This document shows, piece after piece, positions 57,464 through 64,000 of a stretch of 64,000 nucleotides of DNA; position 1 is the first letter of the stretch, and each line of letters opens with the position of its first letter. The DNA is from an uncultured Nitrososphaerales archaeon (lineage in GTDB: Archaea; Thermoproteota; Nitrososphaeria; Nitrososphaerales; Nitrososphaeraceae). The notes beneath the pieces were generated by a model. The model was not told the DNA's origin. It ran no database searches and worked only from the letters and a program-made list of their open reading frames with translations. The stretch lies in contig CAWJCY010000007.1 in assembly GCA_963841565.1 (NCBI GenBank), positions 89,526 to 153,525 of the forward strand, written 5' to 3'. A program made the translations under genes and the position numbers.

Positions 57464-58453
57464 TCAGTGCATGTGCCTGTGTATTCCTATTGATATCCAA
57501 CCCTCTCGTCTAAAATACCAAAGCAGAAGAGTTGTGCTAGTGACTGCACCTATTAGCAGTATTATGAGGGTGGTATAATTTCCAAAGATTGACACTGCCG
57601 GATGGTTATTGTCTCCGGGTAAGGGTAAGTTCATTCCATAGAAGGTGCTTATTATTGTCACGGGAATTGAAAGCGTAAAGAGAATGGTGAGTATGGATAA
57701 AATTCTGTTTGATTTTTCCGAACTGTACATAAAATCAGTATCTTTGTATATCTCGATAGTCTCTTTCGATTCATCTAAGGATTCTAAGACTTTTTCTATG
57801 TGATCCTTAACATCATAAAAGTATGGTGTCAGATCCTCTTTGGAAAAGCGTTGAACATCTCGAGCCAGTTCTAGTACAATTCGTCTCATGGGAAGGATAA
57901 GACGTCTTAATATGGTAATTTCTCTTCTCAATATCGAAATCTCCCTCGCTTCTGACATCTTTTCATTGAATACGCCTTCTTCAATATCGTCTATGTTACC
58001 GACTATCTTCATCAGAATGTGAAACAAATCGTCCACCAGAGTATCGATGATTGTATGAAGTAAGTAGCCAGGTTCCTTGCCCATTAGATTCTCCCTCTGG
58101 TTTGGATTCTCCTGACACATCTTAAAAAGGTCCATCAACGGTTCAAGTTCACCTTGGTGGACGGTTATAAGGAAATTGGCTCCTAGAAACATTGACAACT
58201 GACTGACTCTAGGAACATGTCTCTCTTTACCCCTTGATGGGAAGTGAATTATGACAAAGATATAGTTGGTATGTCTTTCGACCTTTGGAAGCTGAATCTT
58301 TGATAGCGAATCCTCAAGGTTCAGGTCGTGGAAAGAGTAAAGCCTACCAAGTGCTTCCATCTCATGCCTTGTTGGACTTGGGAGATCGATCCACTTGAAT
58401 CCATCGCTTTCTACCGTGCGCAGCGATTTCATGAAATCTGTCTCCATCTTCAA
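57464..58453 (-). CDS. corA: CorA-family Mg2+/divalent cation transporter
   Basis: WIDL, LEDSL, QLPKVE, FYGMN, two C-terminal TM helices. Confidence 0.92.
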   Translation of the reverse strand: MKMETDFMKSLRTVESDGFKWIDLPSPTRHEMEALGRLYSFHDLNLEDSLSKIQLPKVERHTNYIFVIIHFPSRGKERHVPRVSQLSMFLGANFLITVHQGELEPLMDLFKMCQENPNQRENLMGKEPGYLLHTIIDTLVDDLFHILMKIVGNIDDIEEGVFNEKMSEAREISILRREITILRRLILPMRRIVLELARDVQRFSKEDLTPYFYDVKDHIEKVLESLDESKETIEIYKDTDFMYSSEKSNRILSILTILFTLSIPVTIISTFYGMNLPLPGDNNHPAVSIFGNYTTLIILLIGAVTSTTLLLWYFRREGWISIGIHRHMH

Positions 58454-58698
58454 TCACGCCAAGTAAGCTTCCCATAATCTAGTCTTATAATCTATTGCAT
58501 TTTTGCTCGAGATTACAAAAGCGGATTGGTCGCATGCAAAGGCACCCTGTTTCTACATGGTTAGCAAATAAAGTTGTTAGTTCAATAAAGTCTGAAGGCA
58601 AACGGATTGAGTAGAATACTTACCAACCATTACATTTCAGTAAATCATCGCCACTGATTCAGATTTATTTATATGCGCTCATGCGTTATTATTGCTGA

Positions 58699-59112
58699 TT
58701 GTCGATTCGGAAGAAGCAAGGCCACTTCTTTGATTCAGTTTCGGAAAAATTGTTCCCAGAAATTCCAGAATCTGCTTCCGCAATCGCTAAGGTTTTCTTA
58801 AATATTGAACAATTTGAAATTGGACAAAGTTACGTAACTGCTAAGGTTGTCAACAAGCATGGTGATAAAGTAGGACTTAATATTCAAGGGGGAAGACCCG
58901 GTATCGAACTACAAGAAAGCCTGTTTAGATTGCAAGGTAAACAAATCCCAAGACATGTCTTTGTACTAGCCAGGGTCAAAGATAGTGGGAATTTGCTCGT
59001 GCGGAAACTGCCTGTAGTTGGCATCAAGGATTGGCTGTTGATTTACGAAGACACTTTATTTTTACTTGCAGTTAAAGATCGATACGATGAAATTGAATTT
59101 AGGGTAATCTGA
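58699..59112 (+). CDS. Hypothetical protein
   Basis: 137 aa ORF preceded by TTTATATG TATA-like box. Confidence 0.7.
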   Translation: MSIRKKQGHFFDSVSEKLFPEIPESASAIAKVFLNIEQFEIGQSYVTAKVVNKHGDKVGLNIQGGRPGIELQESLFRLQGKQIPRHVFVLARVKDSGNLLVRKLPVVGIKDWLLIYEDTLFLLAVKDRYDEIEFRVI

Positions 59113-59320
59113 TTGCTGATAATGATGCGGGCATAACTAGTATCTAGAGAAAAGAAAGAATATAGAAACTGGGAATAACACTGTTTCGAGTCTCACAAAA
59201 TATCGCGAACTCGATAGAATTTGCACAGGATATTTTCGTATTCCTTTAGCTGGTCAAGGACCATGTATGAAGATTTTTCATACATGCGAATGGAGATAAA
59301 AAGATCTAAATAAATGTATA

Positions 59321-59420
59321 AAATAAGCGCCTAGCGCAGTCCAGTTTTCACCGTCCTTGCACTAGGCATGTTCCCCATCGGTTTGGTCGATGTACTTCTA
59401 CCTAACGCCTATGCTTATTT
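59321..59420 (-). ncRNA. Candidate structured non-coding RNA
   Basis: Closing stem AAATAAGC/GCTTATTT; inner hairpin with G-U pairs, tandem GA/GA and a GAAA loop on the minus strand. Confidence 0.4.
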
Positions 59421-59660
59421 AAATGTGACTGGGATGCTGATTCAGCCGCCTTCTCACTTGTTTATTTCTAACCTGGATATTTTGAGGCAGATGGTGAAGA
59501 ACATCATTACGGTGTGACCCAATTGGTGATCCCTGCTCTCGTATCGACATTAGATCAATTCAAGTTGATGCACGCACGCAAGCATACTGAATTAAAAACA
59601 TAATTTCCGTCCACATCTTGTAAATCTCGTATTTTCTAGAAAAGGTAGCATTTAATAAAC

Positions 59661-59990
59661 ATGACAACGCATACAGTGCAGTTGAGTAATAACAGGGACT
59701 TTCTGTCGCAACAATTAATGTGGATAGGAATATCTCTAGTAATAAGCCTCGCCATATCATTCATTGTTCCATTTCCGTACTCGCTTCCAATCATTATTGG
59801 AGTCTTTATCCTTCTCAGCTTCTACGTAAGGCAACGAGCCATGAAAAGGATGGGAATGTCTGGTACATCGATGTTTGGTGGGTACAATTCGGGTTCCTCT
59901 CTTAGTTATTTTTGTATGAACTGTGGAACAAAGCACAATCAGGTGGCTTGCCCCAAGTGTGGTTCCAAGATGAAACGCGTCGGTTCTTAA
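59661..59990 (+). CDS. Two-TM membrane protein with C-terminal Zn ribbon
   Basis: Hydrophobic hairpin, then CMNCG..CPKCGS. Confidence 0.8.
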   Translation: MTTHTVQLSNNRDFLSQQLMWIGISLVISLAISFIVPFPYSLPIIIGVFILLSFYVRQRAMKRMGMSGTSMFGGYNSGSSLSYFCMNCGTKHNQVACPKCGSKMKRVGS

Positions 59991-60242
59991 GTAGTAATCC
60001 TAAATCAACTATATTGATTTTTTAGTGTGGTATCGCTTAGTCGATTATCGATTCTAATGGGTGTTACTTTGTATAGTATATTTCCTTAGAATTGTTGATC
60101 TGTCGGCATTTTGCGGAGAAATTTCTGCTATAATGTTAGGAAACAGTTCTGACCTTGATTCTGTGAAAAGTGTTTTCAGTTGCAATTCTAGATACGGCAG
60201 AAATATGACATATGCAATCTTGCCTTGAGAGGCTCTTAGAAT

Positions 60243-60602
60243 TTGGAGGAATTTAAGTCAATATTGGGTCTGCTATTCGTATCTGCAGTCTTGGCGCTTT
60301 CATTTTATGCTGGCAGCTTCCTCCCCGGCCTGGCTAGTGATATGAATGCTCTAGCCCTACCTAAGGATAACGCTCTTCCGTTATTGTATAACGATGATGA
60401 TGAGCCATTACAATCTGATCTCAGGATGAATGATCAGAGAATAGTTGAATTCGTCCCCCTATCCAGCGGCAGCAGCTATGGTTACTCTGCTTCACCGGGT
60501 ATTTCGGTACAACAAAATGTAACTCAGCAGAACGTTTGTAGCTCCAATACTGCATATTGTTATAATGAAGTTGACAATGATTTTAACGTTAATCCCCCCT
60601 AG
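60243..60602 (+). CDS. Hypothetical secreted/membrane-anchored protein
   Basis: N-terminal hydrophobic segment; C-terminal QQNVTQQNVC..C..N. Confidence 0.6.
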   Translation: MEEFKSILGLLFVSAVLALSFYAGSFLPGLASDMNALALPKDNALPLLYNDDDEPLQSDLRMNDQRIVEFVPLSSGSSYGYSASPGISVQQNVTQQNVCSSNTAYCYNEVDNDFNVNPP

Positions 60603-60882
60603 GTATCGTTCATGTAATTAATAAGCATAGTATTTTTTAGCGTTTGTTGATCTTGGTAAAGAAGAACGGTCTCAAATAAGAGTGAGGATGAGTGAAGTAG
60701 TTGAAGTTTGGCGTTAGTACAACGAAAGTATACTAATACCTATAAAAACGATCACGGTCGTTTGATAACATCTATCTCAGAATATTATAATAATTACCTC
60801 TTTTATTCAAAGATCTAGCAAAACAATCGAATGGTTTATATACAACCACGTTGCCAATGTATAGTAACGGTTAAATAGAAAA

Positions 60883-61158
60883 ATGGCCAAAACCATAAAT
60901 ATGAAACAGGTCCAATTACTCAGGATCTTGGTGAAGGAGAGGGCAATCGTTAGACTGTTGAAAACAATAGGAAACTCTGATTACCCAACAAGAGAACTGC
61001 TTAATAAGCTGGGAGCCTACGGGTATGGACACAAGCTATTGGTAAGAGCTGAAAAGATTGGTCTTGTTCAGAGAAAGGTAGAAAAGAACAGGGTCTACAA
61101 CAAGCTCACCGTCGATGGTAAAAAGGTAGTACAGTTAGCAAAACAGATCGGAGTTTAG
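60883..61158 (+). CDS. Small basic winged-helix-like protein
   Basis: GLVQRK..YNKLTVDGKKV wing pattern; TTTATATA upstream. Confidence 0.7.
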   Translation: MAKTINMKQVQLLRILVKERAIVRLLKTIGNSDYPTRELLNKLGAYGYGHKLLVRAEKIGLVQRKVEKNRVYNKLTVDGKKVVQLAKQIGV

Positions 61159-61452
61159 CATTGCTTGGCGTTGATTAGGAAGTCAATAAAGTAACTCATT
61201 AACTTGGTACTAATCGCGAACTAAGATTCCCCTGTTTTTATTTTAATAGCAAGCGAGGTATTCTATCGTCCTCGTAATAGAATAGAATTGCTCGCCTTAG
61301 GCTGATGTACATTTGATCTGTGGTTTTGCGACTGTCTTAAGGAGATACTCACGGTAACCACTAGAGTAGTCTTTAGAATATCAGCAGCCGCTTGTGGCTC
61401 GAATTTCTTTTAGGGTAATAACATTTTAACATTGATGGGGGGGAGGTCTTCT

Positions 61453-62142
61453 TTATGTGCGGTCAGTCATAAAGCCTGATGAGAGTTCGTGAATTTTGTC
61501 ATACCATGACTGGGCTTTTATTATTCCGCTTGCAACTAGGATGCCTTTTGCACCCAATTTTAGGGCGCTTTCCACATCAGCTCTGTCGACGATCCCAGCG
61601 CCACAAATCACCTTACTGCTGTTTGATCTTTCTGCGACGGCAGAAATTGATTCTGTAATAATGGATGGATTTTCTTTTGAGACTGCTTTTCCAGAGCCGA
61701 TTAACTCCGGTGGCTCAATGGCTATGAAATCGGGGTTAAAGTTTGCAATAGTCCCTGCTTCCTCTGGCGTCCTAACGCAGACTATCGAGATCATCTGCAG
61801 GTTTTTCAAGATGTTGACCAATTCTCGTATAGAATCTGAGCTGTCGAACCTATGCTCACTGTGGTTTATGAGTGACCCGACAGCACCATATGATTTGACG
61901 ATTTCAGGAACTAGAAACCCAGTCGTTGATCCAGGTTTTGATAGATCGATGTGCTGAGATATTACGGGAGTCTTTACTGCAGCACAGACCTGACTTAGTG
62001 ATGAAGTGGGAGGTGCGATAATGATATCGACTCCTGTATCTTCACTCACACGTTCCGATACTTTTGACAGTTCCAAACTCTTTTCTCCAGCAATTTCCAA
62101 ATAGTTCTTAAAATTTATGATAAAAGGTGAGCTAAAGTTCAA
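61453..62142 (-). CDS. tpiA: Triosephosphate isomerase (archaeal type)
   Basis: INFKNY, NHSEH, AIEPPELIGSG, CGAGI. Confidence 0.95.
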   Translation of the reverse strand: MNFSSPFIINFKNYLEIAGEKSLELSKVSERVSEDTGVDIIIAPPTSSLSQVCAAVKTPVISQHIDLSKPGSTTGFLVPEIVKSYGAVGSLINHSEHRFDSSDSIRELVNILKNLQMISIVCVRTPEEAGTIANFNPDFIAIEPPELIGSGKAVSKENPSIITESISAVAERSNSSKVICGAGIVDRADVESALKLGAKGILVASGIIKAQSWYDKIHELSSGFMTDRT

Positions 62143-62349
62143 TTCTTTACTCCTTATAGAGAGCAGGGTTATGTGAATGTATCAGTCATTTCAGTTTTGT
62201 TGGCATGTGGAAGAGGAGGTTACTGATTCTAATAGAGAAAAATCCATTTTGGCCGATGTGAAGCTCGCTGGGGTCTGATACTAATTCCTGTCTTTCTGCT
62301 ATCGGTCAAATTTCCTTCTATTCTTTAGTGTGTGAGTGTTGTTCGTCTA

Positions 62350-63471
62350 TTATTTTGATCTACGTACTACATCTTTGATGTCCTTGAATTTTTCATTGAG
62401 CTTTTTCATTCTTGCTTCATAGCCCTTATTATACTCCAGCTCATCTGGAACAAGAGTGGCAGGATGAATAAATCCTTGGTTACGCATCACCATTGCGCGC
62501 TCAGCCGCCCATATCCTCTGTAGTTCCCAGTCCGCAGTACCGAACCCATCGTGGGGACCAGTGAATTTACCATTGTGCATACTAAATACTAGACACGATA
62601 CTATTGGTAGAGAATAGTTAAGAGATGCCGCCGAATTCAGTTTAACAGGCATCAAAGGCATGTGATGACTACCCCGAGTATCTCCTGCAACAAAGTGTGG
62701 ATTATTGAATGCACTACCAACTTCTTCAGTCGCAGGGAAATCTTTCTGAGTTCGAACAATCATAATTGGATCATCCTTGCCCACGTACGTACCAGCTATA
62801 TTGTGCAACCTATCTGTGGAAGCAGACACGATTACTTCACCATCATCACTTTCAGAAGAAACAATTGAGTGAACAACAAATCTTCCTGGATACATCAAAG
62901 CTGCTTCCAACTCAGCCTTATCCTCCCACATCTTGAGGCTTGCCAATTTTCCCGACATAACGTCCATAATTCGGAAGGTAACTCCTGCGGCGAGCTTTTC
63001 ATTTATCAACAATCCTGTATTGCTTCCTGCATCTACAAAGGCGCGCCACAACGGGAAGTTAAATGCTCCTGGTTCTGTCTTGTCTGCTGCATACACGCTG
63101 AATACCTCACTTGGCCTTTCTTCCATTTCAATTTCCGCCACGCCTGGTCCCATGCCTTTGACATTACCTGAAAAGGCATCCTTTAGAAGATCCTGACCTG
63201 CGCCATACAACCCTTGCTCCTTTGCTACCTTGGTGCCGGTGGTAAACGCATCCCATGCCAGTTTGTGAATCTTCTCATTGTCCACTCCATGAGTGTGACT
63301 CATAATAAGATGGATATCGTCGCCTGTGTATCCTATGTATAGATCAATTAAGAGATTTTTTGAATTTTTCCTTACAAATTCCTTAACTGAAGTTAAAAGT
63401 TCATCACTTGGTCTTGTATGACCGCCGATTGACCCAATATCTGCTTTTATAGCTGATACAGTTACTTTCAT
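62350..63471 (-). CDS. fbp: Bifunctional fructose-1,6-bisphosphate aldolase/phosphatase
   Basis: IKADIGSIGGH, GDD, GLYGAGQDLL, DKTEPGAFN, YVGKDDP, RGSH. Confidence 0.96.
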   Translation of the reverse strand: MKVTVSAIKADIGSIGGHTRPSDELLTSVKEFVRKNSKNLLIDLYIGYTGDDIHLIMSHTHGVDNEKIHKLAWDAFTTGTKVAKEQGLYGAGQDLLKDAFSGNVKGMGPGVAEIEMEERPSEVFSVYAADKTEPGAFNFPLWRAFVDAGSNTGLLINEKLAAGVTFRIMDVMSGKLASLKMWEDKAELEAALMYPGRFVVHSIVSSESDDGEVIVSASTDRLHNIAGTYVGKDDPIMIVRTQKDFPATEEVGSAFNNPHFVAGDTRGSHHMPLMPVKLNSAASLNYSLPIVSCLVFSMHNGKFTGPHDGFGTADWELQRIWAAERAMVMRNQGFIHPATLVPDELEYNKGYEARMKKLNEKFKDIKDVVRRSK

Positions 63472-63664
63472 TAATTTTCCCTAGCCTAATTCGCTTTTTG
63501 CATCATAAATCCCTTCCGATATGTTTTGTTCTTATTTATACGCTAAATTCTTAAAGAGTCAGTTTAAGTTTTCACAGAATACCGGATCCTTTACCCTCAG
63601 ATGTAATTTGTCAAAAGAGAATGTCAAACTTTGTTCAACTAACATGGACACCATTACCTAGAAT

Positions 63665-63958
63665 TCACAAAGTAATTGTATCTTTTTTCAACTTCCTTAT
63701 TGTCTCCCTTAATGAACGAGCATCGATTCCTTTAGCAATAGCTCTCGTGTATCGTCTTTTGAATTTTTCACTTTCGGGGGAGTTGGGAAAGGTGGATAGG
63801 GTATATTCAGAATGGTTCATGAATTCAACTACCTTGTTCCTAAATTCGTCCCTGGTTGGATTCCACAGGTTCTTTACCTTAAACCAACTGGTGGCGCAGG
63901 AACAAGAATACAATTTTGCCAAATCCTCAACCAGCCTCTCAATTTCAAAGTAATCCAA
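63665..63958 (-). CDS. Hypothetical protein
   Basis: 97 aa helical ORF; start uncertain near window end. Confidence 0.55.
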   Translation of the reverse strand: MDYFEIERLVEDLAKLYSCSCATSWFKVKNLWNPTRDEFRNKVVEFMNHSEYTLSTFPNSPESEKFKRRYTRAIAKGIDARSLRETIRKLKKDTITL

Positions 63959-64000
63959 CTCTATGAGAATTGATTTGATTGAGATAAGACTGTTACTGGG

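Noticed and set aside
60713-60763. Two small hairpins (TTAGTA..GAAA..TACTAA and AAACGAT..GTCGTTT)
   Set aside because: Short, AT-rich and within chance expectation

Overview
Core chromosomal segment of an archaeon, most likely a soil-type ammonia-oxidising thaumarchaeote (Nitrososphaerales). The assignment rests on the 16S rRNA, a 16S-23S operon with no spacer tRNA next to hemL, an unlinked 5S gene, a divergent FtsZ-like gene, a membrane cupredoxin and FBP aldolase/phosphatase. The window holds about 60 mostly housekeeping genes for translation and tRNA modification, the non-oxidative pentose phosphate pathway, gluconeogenesis, SufS/SufU, heme O synthesis and lipid reduction. I found no tRNAs, CRISPR arrays, transposases or viral genes. 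Main observations: (1) Six genes, including kae1 and aspS, are broken by extra bases, and five of the seven inferred indels fall at or inside AGCT. Four are the same TAGCT->TCAGCT change, which suggests a DNA-methylation footprint in a long-read assembly rather than real pseudogenes. (2) An intact full-length PurF homologue has lost its catalytic, PRPP-binding and Fe-S residues and is coupled to a small unknown gene. (3) Two different AAA+/vWA chaperone pairs lie in tandem. (4) A candidate structured, possibly bistable ncRNA sits at 59321-59420. (5) There are two small zinc-finger proteins, one absent from the supplied ORF track. All calls come from reading motifs by eye; no database search was run.
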